From: Candidatus Bathyarchaeia archaeon
GTDB lineage: Archaea; Thermoproteota; Bathyarchaeia; Bathyarchaeales; Bathycorpusculaceae
Assembly: GCA_049969855.1 (NCBI GenBank)
Contig: JBMFOB010000016.1
Location: 1 to 28,100, forward strand
Reading direction: 5' to 3'
DNA: 28,100 nt
Of the stretch, positions 9,358 to 19,135 are shown one piece after another (the stretch's first letter is position 1; each line of letters starts with the position of its first letter). Both the position numbers and the translations under genes were made by a program. The notes under the pieces were generated by a model. It ran no database searches. It saw only the letters and a program-made list of their open reading frames with translations, and was not told the DNA's origin.

Positions 9358-10047
9358 TCACTTCTTTTTTATTCTGCTTCCATAATCGCATAATTCTATG
9401 ATTGGGCATTCATGACATTTTGGATTCTGCGCTCTACAAGTGTATTTGGCTAGAAGCCAAAACAAGCCTCCTGTTCTTTCACCCTTCTCCCATGGTATGA
9501 AATGCTTAAGCGTCCTTTGAATTTCTTCGTATTGTGCTTCTGGCTTTACTAATCCTAATCTTTTTGCCATTCTCTCCATGTGAGTGTCGACAACCATAAC
9601 TTCAGCGTATGAATGCCTTTGCGCAAGCAAAACATCAGCTGTTTTCTTCCCTATTCCAGGAAGTTCCATAAGCCTTTTTCTGGCTTCTTCCTTGGGCAAA
9701 GCCAAAACCGCTGATAAGTCGCCTCCAAACTTTTCCAAAACTGCTTTGGAAATTTCCTTAATTCTTTTTGATTTAACATTGTATAAGCCTCCGCTTCTGA
9801 TTGCCTCTTTTAAATCTTCAACTTTCGCCTTTGCCAAAACTTCAGGTTTTACTTGGAATTTTGCGGTTAATCCCTTGTAGGCTCTAACGCAGTTTATTTC
9901 GCTTGTGTTCTGGGAAAGAACAGTTATTATCAAATTTTTGAATGGATCTTTCGAGACTTCTTCCGGGTATTCCACGGGCCACCAGTATCTTCCATATTTT
10001 TCCTCTAAAACTAGAATATACTTTGGGTCTAAAACCTTCATTATCAC
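9358..10047 (-). CDS. nth: Endonuclease III (HhH-GPD DNA glycosylase with 4Fe-4S cluster)
   Basis: LSQNT, HhH LPGIGKKTAD, VDTH and the C-X6-C-X2-C-X5-C cluster (CRAQNPKCHECPIIELC). Confidence 0.9.
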   Translation of the reverse strand: MIMKVLDPKYILVLEEKYGRYWWPVEYPEEVSKDPFKNLIITVLSQNTSEINCVRAYKGLTAKFQVKPEVLAKAKVEDLKEAIRSGGLYNVKSKRIKEISKAVLEKFGGDLSAVLALPKEEARKRLMELPGIGKKTADVLLAQRHSYAEVMVVDTHMERMAKRLGLVKPEAQYEEIQRTLKHFIPWEKGERTGGLFWLLAKYTCRAQNPKCHECPIIELCDYGSRIKKK

Positions 10048-10161
10048 CTTTCCCCCACCGATGGTTTATGCACTGTTATAGAATATAATTGTTAACAATT
10101 TATCAAGAAAGAGTTTTATACAGTTTCAAAATTATTCTGCAATAACCTTTGGTGATAAAAC

Positions 10162-11328
10162 TTGAATTTTGAATTAACCGCTGAACAGAAAATGATTGTT
10201 GAGGCAGCCTCTGACATAGCCCGCGATTTTGGTCCAGAATACTGGCGAGAGAAGGACAAGAAACACGAGTTTCCAGAAGACTTTTGGAAAAGCCTTGTGG
10301 ATGCTGGTTTTCCAGGAATAATAATTCCAGAAAAATATGGCGGCGGCGGAATGGGCATGTTCGAAATGATTTTGGCAATGGAAACCCTAGTTTCTGAGGG
10401 CTGCGGATTAGCTGGAGAATGGTTTCTATGTTTAACATCTGTTTTTGGCGGCTTGTCCATAGTAAAACATGGCAACGAAAATCAAAAGGCGAAATATTTG
10501 CCGAAAATTGCAAAGGGTTTAGAATTCTGCCTAGCCCTAACAGAACCAGACGCTGGGACGAATACGCTGAACATTAAAACAACCGCCACAAAAGAAGGAG
10601 ACCAGTATAGAGTTGATGGTCAAAAAATGTTTATTTCAGGCGCCGACAGAGCCAAAGGAATGCTTCTCGTCACAAGAACAACACCATTAGAGAAGGCTCC
10701 GAAAAGAACTTTGGGCTTAAGCCTTTTCCTTGTGGACTTGCCAAACCCAGCCATCGAAATCATCCCAATAGAAAAGCACGGAATAAACTATTCAAAAACC
10801 TTTGAAGTTTACATAAACGACCTTAAAATTCCAGCCGAAAACATGCTTGGCGAAGCAGACAAAGGCTGGTATCTCCTATTAGACACGCTTAATCCTGAAC
10901 GCATGTCCTTTTCAGCAGCAGCCTGCGGCATCGGACTTTTAGCCATAAAAAAGGCTGTAGAATACGCAAAGGAAAGAAAGGTTTTTGATGCGCCAATAGG
11001 TTCTCATCAAGCGCTTCAGTTTCCATTGGCGGAGGCTAAAGCAAAAATTGAGGCTGCAAGGCTTTTGAATTATAAAGCTGCATGGCTCTTTGACAAGGGA
11101 ATAGAATGCGGAGCAGAAGCAAACATGGCTAAAGTAGCTGCTGTAGAAGCCGGAACAAGCGCTGTTTATCATGCAATGCAAACTTTCGGCGGATATGGTT
11201 ATGCAGTGGAATATGATGTTGAACGGTGGTGGAGGGAAATAAACCTCATTCGATTGGCTCCAGTTACGCAGCAGATGGCATTAGCCTTCATAGGACAACA
11301 CGTTCTAGGACTACCAAAATCCTACTAG
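10162..11328 (+). CDS. Acyl-CoA dehydrogenase
   Basis: IPEKYGGGG, ALTEPDAGT, GQKMFIS, R.VF..PI..HQ and QTFGGYGY..EY.VER motifs; TTG start. Confidence 0.95.
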   Translation: MNFELTAEQKMIVEAASDIARDFGPEYWREKDKKHEFPEDFWKSLVDAGFPGIIIPEKYGGGGMGMFEMILAMETLVSEGCGLAGEWFLCLTSVFGGLSIVKHGNENQKAKYLPKIAKGLEFCLALTEPDAGTNTLNIKTTATKEGDQYRVDGQKMFISGADRAKGMLLVTRTTPLEKAPKRTLGLSLFLVDLPNPAIEIIPIEKHGINYSKTFEVYINDLKIPAENMLGEADKGWYLLLDTLNPERMSFSAAACGIGLLAIKKAVEYAKERKVFDAPIGSHQALQFPLAEAKAKIEAARLLNYKAAWLFDKGIECGAEANMAKVAAVEAGTSAVYHAMQTFGGYGYAVEYDVERWWREINLIRLAPVTQQMALAFIGQHVLGLPKSY

Positions 11329-11364
11329 ATGAAGCATCTCTTTCAACAATGAAGCACTTTAAAG

Positions 11365-12273
11365 GTGGAAAAAGTTCTGGGTTTTACAAAGAGTCATGGT
11401 TTGCTAGTTTTTGCAAGTTTTGGTTTCAGCTTTATCCTTATCTTTTCAACGATGCTTAAAAATGTTGGAGTTTCAAGTTTGCAGCAGGTTTTCTTTCGTG
11501 TGACATTGGCTCTTCCACTTATACTTTTGCTTATTAAGGGAAAATTTAAACTTGAAAAGAAAGACTTACCATACTTCATATTAATCGGCTTCGTCTTCTC
11601 AGTGTTTCTCTTTTCAGCCTTGTCTTCCATAGTTTTCGGTTGTCCCATAGCTGTTTCCATAGCCCTAATTTATACGCAACCATTCTTTACGGCAGTATTA
11701 GCCGCTCTCTCTAAGAGGGAAAGGGTAACTGTGGAGAAGGCGGTGATAATTGCTGTTGGAATGGGTGGAGCTCTTTTGGCAAGTGGAATATTAACTGAGC
11801 AAGACGCAAATCTTAACATTGCTGGAATCTCTTTTGCCTTGTTTGCTGGTTTTCTTTATGCTACATACTTATTCTTCAAAAGAATGCGGAAAACAAGTTA
11901 CACTCCGCTACAAGGATTGTTCAACACTTTTATGTTTGCAGCGCCTTGCACACTCATTTTAGGGTTAACCTTAAGGTTTTTCACAGTAGAGACAAGTTTC
12001 ATAGGCTTTTCAATGTTGGACGCATACCAGCTTCTCTTGTTAACGCTGTTCGCCTTTTTCAGCACAACGCTTCCCTATGGCTTGCTAAACTATACCAAAC
12101 CAAACGAAGTATCGCCAACAACTGAAGGAACAATACTTCTTTTAGACCCGTTCCTCCATAATGTTTGGGCAATACTAATTTTCCAACAGTACGTTTCAGT
12201 GATTCGCTATTTGGGAGTTGGATTGACGCTTCTAAGCGCTGCAGCCATGCTTAAAGCAAAACAGAAAACATAG
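11365..12273 (+). CDS. DMT/EamA family transporter
   Basis: About 10 hydrophobic helices in two repeats; LIYTQPFFTAVLA...ERV motif. Confidence 0.85.
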   Translation: MEKVLGFTKSHGLLVFASFGFSFILIFSTMLKNVGVSSLQQVFFRVTLALPLILLLIKGKFKLEKKDLPYFILIGFVFSVFLFSALSSIVFGCPIAVSIALIYTQPFFTAVLAALSKRERVTVEKAVIIAVGMGGALLASGILTEQDANLNIAGISFALFAGFLYATYLFFKRMRKTSYTPLQGLFNTFMFAAPCTLILGLTLRFFTVETSFIGFSMLDAYQLLLLTLFAFFSTTLPYGLLNYTKPNEVSPTTEGTILLLDPFLHNVWAILIFQQYVSVIRYLGVGLTLLSAAAMLKAKQKT

Positions 12274-12401
12274 AGGGACTATCCAATTTAGCTATGAGAA
12301 AAGGGTTAAAATTGACGTTTAAAAAGCATAATCTTCTCTGAAAACCTTTTTAATGAAACAACAAACAAATAATCTCGCACAATTTAAAAGGTGAAAAAGT
12401 T

Positions 12402-13265
12402 ATGGAAATTAAAAGGATAGCTGTTTTAGGCGCAGGTTTAATGGGACATGGCATAACACAAGTGGCGGCTCAAATAGGCAAATACGAGGTTTACATGCGA
12501 GACGTTGAACAACGCTTTATAGACGCTGGCATGAACATGATAAAGACAAGCTTACAAAAGTTTGTAGGCAAAGGGCAAATTACGGAACAGCAAATGAACG
12601 AAACTTTGGCACGAATCCATCCCACATTAGACCTTAAAGAAGCAGTTCAAAACGTTGACTTGGTTATTGAGGCAGTGCCGGAAAATGTGGAGCTTAAGAA
12701 GACAACATTCAAAGAAGTTGACAGTTATGCACCATCCCACGCCATAATCGCTTCCAACACGTCTTCAATAAGCATAACAGAACTCGCTTCAGCAACAAAA
12801 CGTCCAGAAAAAGTCTGTGGAATGCACTTCTTCAATCCGCCACAACTAATGAAGCTTATCGAAGTAATACGCGGAGCAAAAACATCAGACGAAACCATAC
12901 AAACAGTTTTAGAAGTAGCGCACAAAATGGAAAAAGAAACGGTGCTCGTCAAAAAGGATTGCCCAGGCTTTATAGTAAACCGCATATTAATCCCAGCCCT
13001 AAATGAGGCAGTAGCCCTCTACTGGGAAGGAGTAGCGGATAGGGATGATATAGACAAAGCCATAAAGCTTGGATTAAACTGGCCCATGGGTCCGCTGATG
13101 CTTTTAGACTATATTGGTGCAGATACAACCCTTTTCATTGCAGAGGTTCTTGAAAGGGAAATAGACGAGAAATTCCATCCGCATCCTGGGCTAAAGCTGA
13201 TGGTTAAGGCTCAGCTTCTTGGAAGAAAAACTGGAAAGGGCTTCTATGATTGGACACAAAAATAG
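12402..13265 (+). CDS. hbd: 3-hydroxyacyl(butyryl)-CoA dehydrogenase
   Basis: GAGLMGHGI, EAVPE, ASNTSS, GMHFFNP, PGFIVNR, PMGP and LGRKTGKGFY. Confidence 0.95.
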   Translation: MEIKRIAVLGAGLMGHGITQVAAQIGKYEVYMRDVEQRFIDAGMNMIKTSLQKFVGKGQITEQQMNETLARIHPTLDLKEAVQNVDLVIEAVPENVELKKTTFKEVDSYAPSHAIIASNTSSISITELASATKRPEKVCGMHFFNPPQLMKLIEVIRGAKTSDETIQTVLEVAHKMEKETVLVKKDCPGFIVNRILIPALNEAVALYWEGVADRDDIDKAIKLGLNWPMGPLMLLDYIGADTTLFIAEVLEREIDEKFHPHPGLKLMVKAQLLGRKTGKGFYDWTQK

Positions 13266-13279
13266 AGGAGCGCAGCAAA

Positions 13280-14062
13280 ATGGAGTTTAAATACATAATT
13301 TACGAGAAAAGCGGAGGAACAGCCACAATAACGCTGAACCGCCCAGAAGCACTAAACGCCTTCAGCAAAGAAGTCATAGAAGAAATCCTAAACGCCTTAG
13401 AAGACGTCAAAGCTGACGAAAACACCAGAGTTGTCATTTTAACGGGAGCTGGCGAAAAGGCGTTTTCAGCTGGTGCAGACATAAAAGCCATGAAAGGAAT
13501 GAACGCATTAAAAGCCAGAGAACTTTCTCTCATGGGTGAAAAACTCTGCAACGCTCTGGAAAATTTGGAGAAGCCAGTTATAGCCGCAATAAACGGTTAC
13601 GCTTTAGGCGGAGGTTTAGAAGTTGCCATGGCATGCGACATACGCATAGCTTCAGAAAATGCGAGGATGGGACAAACAGAAATCAACATAGGATTAATTC
13701 CAGGCTGGGGTGGAACCCAAAGGCTCCCACGCTTAATAGGGAAAACAAAGGCAACGGAGCTAATTTTCACTGGAAAAATTGTTGACGCAAAAACAGCTGA
13801 ACAGCTAGGCATAGTGAACATGGTTGTTCCAACAGAAAAATTTAGAGAAACGGTTCAGCAATTCGCTGCGGAGCTAGCTTCAAAAGCACCAGTGGCGCTT
13901 AAGGTGGCTAAAGCCCTAATCAATAAAGGCTCAGAAATAAGTTTGGATGCTGCCATAGCCCTTGAACGGGAAGGCTTCGGCGTAGTTGCCTCAACTGAGG
14001 ACCTGCAAGAAGGGGTTTCAGCATTCATCGAGAAAAGGAAACCGACATTCAAAGGCAAATAG
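13280..14062 (+). CDS. crt: Enoyl-CoA hydratase/crotonase
   Basis: LNRPEALNA, FSAGADI, NGYALGGGLE and GQTEINIGLIPGWGGTQRL. ATG 13280 follows a GAGGAG RBS and is preferred over 13250. Confidence 0.93.
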   Translation: MEFKYIIYEKSGGTATITLNRPEALNAFSKEVIEEILNALEDVKADENTRVVILTGAGEKAFSAGADIKAMKGMNALKARELSLMGEKLCNALENLEKPVIAAINGYALGGGLEVAMACDIRIASENARMGQTEINIGLIPGWGGTQRLPRLIGKTKATELIFTGKIVDAKTAEQLGIVNMVVPTEKFRETVQQFAAELASKAPVALKVAKALINKGSEISLDAAIALEREGFGVVASTEDLQEGVSAFIEKRKPTFKGK

Positions 14063-14214
14063 AAAACTCAATAATCCCTACTCTTTTTGTGTGCAACGCT
14101 TAATGCTTTCGACTTGCAACTTTGACATTAAACATTAATTCTGACTGTTTAAAACAAAAGTTATATTTGAAACAATAAGGTTAACAAAGTCTTCTAAAGA
14201 TTGAGGAGATATTA

Positions 14215-16092
14215 TTGCCAGATTTACGCATGTTATTAGCTGACAGTCCAAGAAAACGTGCGCTTTTGCTTGGAAACGAAGCCATTGCAAGAGGAATAAT
14301 AGAAGCTGGAATCGGCGTTGTAACCACTTATCCGGGCACTCCAGCATCTGAGATAGGCGATTCTATTTCTGAAATTGCTGCTGATGCTGGAATATACATG
14401 GAATACTCTGTTAACGAAATTGTCGCTGCAGAGGTTGCTGGTGGAGCAGCAAACAGTGGAGTTAGAGCTTTAACGGCGATGAAGCATGTTGGGTTAAATG
14501 TTGCTTCAGACTTTGTCATGACATTAGCTTATACAGGCGTAAGAAGCGGACTTGTCATAGTTACAGCCGATGACCCAGAATGTTACAGTTCACAAAACGA
14601 GCAGGACAACCGCTTTTATGCATTACTTGCAAACTTGCCATGCTTGGAACCTTCAGATCCTCAAGAAGCGAAGGACATGACAATTTCAGCCGTTAAAATT
14701 TCAGAAAAGCTGGAACTGCCAGTCCTACTTAGAACAACCACTCGCGTAAGCCACACCCGTGGACCAGTCGTTTATGGTAAGCTTACGAAACCGGTTTTGA
14801 AGGGGGAATTCGTAAAAGATGTGAAGCGTTTGGTTATGGTTCCAGCCAATTCAAGACCAAAGCATTCAGTGCTTTTGAGGAGTATGGAGAAGGCTAAGGA
14901 AATAAGCGAAACTTCGCCATACAACAAAATTACATTGGAAGGAAAAAGCAGCGAATTTGGCATTATCTCTTCAAGTGCAGCTTACAACTACGCAGTTGAA
15001 GCAGCAAATTTACTTGGTTTAGATGTTAGCATAATGAAGTTGGGCATGACTCATCCGCTTCCAGAAAAATTCATTGGAGAATTTCTTAAAGGACATGAAA
15101 AAATTATTGTTGTGGAAGAGCTTGAACCCTACTTAGAATTGCACGTTAAAGCCATAGCAAAAGATTATGCGCCAAACATTAAAATTTATGGAAAAACTGG
15201 AAAGCCATACTTTCCAAGGGACGGCGAACTTTCCACACGCACAGTTACGGTTGGCTTGGCGAAAATAACTGGTAAAGAATCTCCTATAAATTTTGAAGTG
15301 ATTGATGAGAAATATGCTGAAGTCTCACGGAATTTGCCATTCAGACCGCCAATATTGTGTGCTGGGTGCCCCCACAGAGCCTCCTTTTACGTTATGAAAA
15401 GGGTTGCTGGAGAAAAGGCAGTTTATTCTACAGACATAGGCTGTTATGCTTTGGGAGCTGCTCCACCGTTGAGAACTGGCGACATACTGACTTGTATGGG
15501 TTCAAGCATAGGTGCAGCCCAAGGAATAAGCAAGGCAACAGATGCGCCAACATTCGCCATTATTGGAGACTCAACGTTTTTCCACGCTGGGATTCCAGGA
15601 CTAATAAACGCTGTGTATAACAATCACAAAATAATCGTCACAGTCTTGGACAATTTGACAACGGCTATGACTGGACATCAACCCCATCCGGGAACTGGCG
15701 TGACTGGTATGCATAAGCAAGCGGAAAAGGTGATGATTGAAAAGGTTGCTGAAGGATGTGGAGTAAAATATGTGAAGGTTGTGAATCCCTTCAATTTAAG
15801 GGAGGCTGAAACCGTTTTGAAAGGGGCTATGCAGCATCCTGGTCCTTCGGTTATAGTTTTTAGGGCGCCATGCGCCTTAATGGTGGTTAGGGAAAGAAGG
15901 CGTAAAGGCGCAGAAGTTTTAGCTTGCAGAGTTACTGATAAGTGCACGAATTGTATGGTTTGCATTAAGCTTTTGGGGTGTCCAGCGTTAATCTTTGATG
16001 GAGGAAAAGTTGGCATAAGCGAGGCGTTATGTAATGCGTGTGGGTTATGCGCTTCTGTTTGTCCTTACAATGCAATAGAATGCGCAAGATAG
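14215..16092 (+). CDS. iorA: Indolepyruvate:ferredoxin oxidoreductase alpha subunit
   Basis: LLGNEAIARG, YPGTP, MKHVGLNVA, SSQNEQD, CAGCPH, DIGCY, GDSTFFH and C-terminal 2x[4Fe-4S] motifs. TTG start after GAGGAG. Confidence 0.95.
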   Translation: MPDLRMLLADSPRKRALLLGNEAIARGIIEAGIGVVTTYPGTPASEIGDSISEIAADAGIYMEYSVNEIVAAEVAGGAANSGVRALTAMKHVGLNVASDFVMTLAYTGVRSGLVIVTADDPECYSSQNEQDNRFYALLANLPCLEPSDPQEAKDMTISAVKISEKLELPVLLRTTTRVSHTRGPVVYGKLTKPVLKGEFVKDVKRLVMVPANSRPKHSVLLRSMEKAKEISETSPYNKITLEGKSSEFGIISSSAAYNYAVEAANLLGLDVSIMKLGMTHPLPEKFIGEFLKGHEKIIVVEELEPYLELHVKAIAKDYAPNIKIYGKTGKPYFPRDGELSTRTVTVGLAKITGKESPINFEVIDEKYAEVSRNLPFRPPILCAGCPHRASFYVMKRVAGEKAVYSTDIGCYALGAAPPLRTGDILTCMGSSIGAAQGISKATDAPTFAIIGDSTFFHAGIPGLINAVYNNHKIIVTVLDNLTTAMTGHQPHPGTGVTGMHKQAEKVMIEKVAEGCGVKYVKVVNPFNLREAETVLKGAMQHPGPSVIVFRAPCALMVVRERRRKGAEVLACRVTDKCTNCMVCIKLLGCPALIFDGGKVGISEALCNACGLCASVCPYNAIECAR

Positions 16093-16109
16093 TGTGAGGA
16101 GGGCATAAG

Positions 16110-16721
16110 ATGGAAGAGTTTAATGTGGTTTTGGCTGGTGTTGGTGGGCAGGGGATACTTTTGGCAGCGGAGATTTTGGGAACAGCAGCTGTTAAAGAGG
16201 GTTTGAATGTTCGGGTAAGCGAAATTCACGGGATGGCTCAACGGGGCGGAGCTGTGGTTTCCACTGTGAGATTTGGAGAGAAAGTTTTTGCACCAACAGT
16301 TTTGGAGGGGCAAGCAGATGTGCTTTTGGGTTTTGAGCCTTTTGAAACTTTGCGGAACTTGAAGTTTGCCTCAGAAAAGACGCTTGTAATAATGAGTTTG
16401 GAGAAGATTCCTCCAACAGAGTTAACGGCGAAAATGATGCTGTATCCGTCGTTGAAGGAAGTTGAAGAGAAAATTCGTTATTTCACAGAAAACTTGATGA
16501 TTGTGGACGCTCCAGGGTTAGCCAAGAAGGCTGGAAGCACTCTTACGCAGAATGTGGTTTTGCTTGGCGCTTTAGCGGCAACTGGAAAGGTTCCAGTTAA
16601 AACTGAAAGCCTATTGGATGCTCTTAGGGAGCTTATTCCAGCAAAATATTTAGATGTGAACATTAAAGCCTTTAACCTTGGATATGAATATGTGAAAAGG
16701 GAGATTAGGAAGGAACGGTAG
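16110..16721 (+). CDS. iorB: Indolepyruvate:ferredoxin oxidoreductase beta subunit
   Basis: GVGGQG, SEIHGMAQRGGAV, NVVLLGAL and N.KAF..G; directly follows iorA. Confidence 0.95.
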   Translation: MEEFNVVLAGVGGQGILLAAEILGTAAVKEGLNVRVSEIHGMAQRGGAVVSTVRFGEKVFAPTVLEGQADVLLGFEPFETLRNLKFASEKTLVIMSLEKIPPTELTAKMMLYPSLKEVEEKIRYFTENLMIVDAPGLAKKAGSTLTQNVVLLGALAATGKVPVKTESLLDALRELIPAKYLDVNIKAFNLGYEYVKREIRKER

Positions 16722-16731
16722 AATTTTCTTG

Positions 16732-17454
16732 TTAGTCCTTATGAATGTTCTTAAATATTCTAATTAAGTCATCGAAAATAGCTTCATAACGCTTTACTTT
16801 GTTACTTTCCCACTCCTTCTTGAACTCCTCTCGCAGAATATACACTCCGTCTAATTCATATTCTGCGATAATTCTGTTTCTGTCCATTCCGTCATATCGC
16901 TTTTTCTCACTTATGAAAAAGTCTTCATCATTATCCGTAGTAGCTAAGAAAACATGAACATTTTTGGTTACATCTGCCGAGAGAAGTTTCAATTTCCAAT
17001 AATATGCTTGGGCAATTCTTTCTCTCAAACTTGTCTTACATGATATTATTGCTAAAATCTCAGATTTCCAAGGCTCTACAAAGTTGTAATCAACTATAGC
17101 CATATCCGTATCAGGTAGCAATAAATATTTTCCATATTTTACAGCAAGTTTTCTTTGAATAATCTCGTTACTTTCGATTTCACTCTGTGTAAAAACATCC
17201 AAGCTTTTAAACTCTGGATTTTGTGATTTAAGCCTTGTAAGATATCCTTTTACTATGGAGTAAAATAATTTTTTCTCAAATATGTCGCCAATAAACTTAT
17301 GCCAAGATTGTTCTGAAAATTGTTGCACATATAACTCTTTTAATTTTTTAATTTCGCTCCAAGCTTTTTCTGGATTTATATTTCCTTTCTGAAGCCCCAG
17401 AATAAGAGTCTCTACTTTCTGTTTTGCATTGACCATGTTATTTGCCTCATTCAC
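16732..17454 (-). CDS. Type II restriction endonuclease, BsaWI-like (PD-(D/E)xK)
   Basis: LLPDTD...ISCKTSLRERIAQ.YYWKLKL...TTDND motif pattern; start overlaps the MTase stop; AT-rich. Confidence 0.78.
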   Translation of the reverse strand: MNEANNMVNAKQKVETLILGLQKGNINPEKAWSEIKKLKELYVQQFSEQSWHKFIGDIFEKKLFYSIVKGYLTRLKSQNPEFKSLDVFTQSEIESNEIIQRKLAVKYGKYLLLPDTDMAIVDYNFVEPWKSEILAIISCKTSLRERIAQAYYWKLKLLSADVTKNVHVFLATTDNDEDFFISEKKRYDGMDRNRIIAEYELDGVYILREEFKKEWESNKVKRYEAIFDDLIRIFKNIHKD

Positions 17455-18706
17455 GAGGATATTGTGTCCATTTAATTTCTCGAGGTTTAGGTTTTTCAGG
17501 TTTACTGCTTGGTTTTCGCATGATAATTAAGTATTTGAAACCGCGTAAAAAGAAATTGAATTTTCTAGCACGGTTAAACCATGTAGATGTATGCGAGGAT
17601 TGACCTCTTCTGGCAATACAGATAATATCTACAGGTTCAAAATATTTACATAAACGCTCGTATACTTTCAGCCCTACAGGAGTAAATTTTCCTTGAACCC
17701 ATTGGTCACCAATGAGCCATCCCAATATTTTTCCCTCTTTCAAAATTCTATAGGATTCTTTCATTACTTTTTCAAGCTCATCGTAAAATTGTTCGGTTTC
17801 GCTAGAAATTTTGCCTATATCATCCGGATGTTCGTTATATCTAACATTATCTCCATATGGAGAATCTATGAAAATCATATCTACGGAATTGTCTTCTAAC
17901 GGTATTTTTCTTGCATCGTTTTGAATAATATCTGGACGGGTAGGTGCGATATCGTAGCAAATACACCGTCTTTTCTCTTCTTTGCAAACATCAAGAGTTG
18001 TGCCGCTTCCCGCCATTGGGTCTACGACCAAATCTCCAGGGTTCGTGTATCTCCATACTAAGTTATAAATTATCAATGCTGGAGTAACTCCAGGGTATTT
18101 ATTGTCTCCTTTAGGGGTTAACCCATAACTTTGCCTTGGAAAGTCCCAGAATGTTGTAGCTTCAATGAGAGGAATCTCTTCCTCAATATCTACCTCTTTG
18201 ATTCTTTTTTTAAGTTTCTCTTTTTCATTACAGATTAAATGGACTGTTTCATTGCTAATCAATTTTGATGAGTTGTTTAATGTAGGGTGAGGTATAAAAA
18301 GGTCTAAGAACTCCAATAATTTCTTACCGAATAAAGGCGTATTTCTTTTTATTCTAAAAGTATTCAATATTCGTTTTGCATCATTTAATGCGATTTTTTC
18401 CCCAAGAATTTCCACTTTTACTTGATAGGGACACTTTCCATTCCATGCGTCAGGCTGAATATTAAATCCTCCGTCAGATGTGGCCCTAAAAACTCCGTAT
18501 AACGTATTAGTATTCATATTGTTTAAGAATAAAAGGTCGCCCTTTCTTATTCTAATAACAATTGGTCCATAGAATTTTTCAGTTCCGAATAGCATCCTCT
18601 TAAAACATTCATCTTCAGTTTTCTTAGTACAAGCGAAAACGAATCCACGAATTAACTGCTCCTCACATGCTTCTTTCATAGTATTTACCATTAGATATTT
18701 TTCCAT
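17447..18706 (-). CDS. Amino (N4C/N6A) DNA methyltransferase with N-terminal DCD-like domain
   Basis: Motif I DPMAGSGTT followed by motif IV-like FIDSPY. N-terminal GFVFAC...EC..RMLFG...LLFL.N...LYGVF.A.S.GG.NI.P.AW...P.QV. ATG 18706 has a GAGGGAG RBS; the ORF could start at 18766. Confidence 0.85.
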   Translation of the reverse strand: MEKYLMVNTMKEACEEQLIRGFVFACTKKTEDECFKRMLFGTEKFYGPIVIRIRKGDLLFLNNMNTNTLYGVFRATSDGGFNIQPDAWNGKCPYQVKVEILGEKIALNDAKRILNTFRIKRNTPLFGKKLLEFLDLFIPHPTLNNSSKLISNETVHLICNEKEKLKKRIKEVDIEEEIPLIEATTFWDFPRQSYGLTPKGDNKYPGVTPALIIYNLVWRYTNPGDLVVDPMAGSGTTLDVCKEEKRRCICYDIAPTRPDIIQNDARKIPLEDNSVDMIFIDSPYGDNVRYNEHPDDIGKISSETEQFYDELEKVMKESYRILKEGKILGWLIGDQWVQGKFTPVGLKVYERLCKYFEPVDIICIARRGQSSHTSTWFNRARKFNFFLRGFKYLIIMRKPSSKPEKPKPREIKWTQYPRE

Positions 18707-18786
18707 CTTAATCGCTCCCTCTTCATTTTTCACTTCGAACCATTCCTTAAATCTGTTTCTTTTCATCAGCCAATGCTGTCAATTTT

Positions 18787-19128
18787 TTACGGGTTTTTCT
18801 TGTTTTCGTTTAATATTGCTTTTAGGATGTTTTGGAATATTTGCATGTCTGAAACGTTGACCAGTGGCATTTGGACGCTTTTTTCAACTTCGTAGATTTT
18901 TTCGTATTTTGGGAATTCTGAATAGCAGATTTGGCTTATTGGGAATTCTCGCTTTTTTAATTCGTGTTCGAAGGATTTTTCGTAAACTTCTAAGCATAAT
19001 ACGTAACCGTTTATCCAGTAAAGCCTGTTTACGCCGTATGTTGTGGCGCACCATGCGATGTCGCTGATTGAGCGTTTGTCTAATCCTAATATTGTTATTT
19101 TTCTTGTTGGGGCAATTTCAACGTCCAT
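18787..19128 (-). CDS. Hypothetical protein, probably co-transcribed with xpf
   Basis: 113 aa ORF starting 7 bp after the XPF stop, with globular alpha/beta-like composition. No function recognised. Confidence 0.75.
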   Translation of the reverse strand: MDVEIAPTRKITILGLDKRSISDIAWCATTYGVNRLYWINGYVLCLEVYEKSFEHELKKREFPISQICYSEFPKYEKIYEVEKSVQMPLVNVSDMQIFQNILKAILNENKKNP

Positions 19129-19135
19129 GCGTTTT

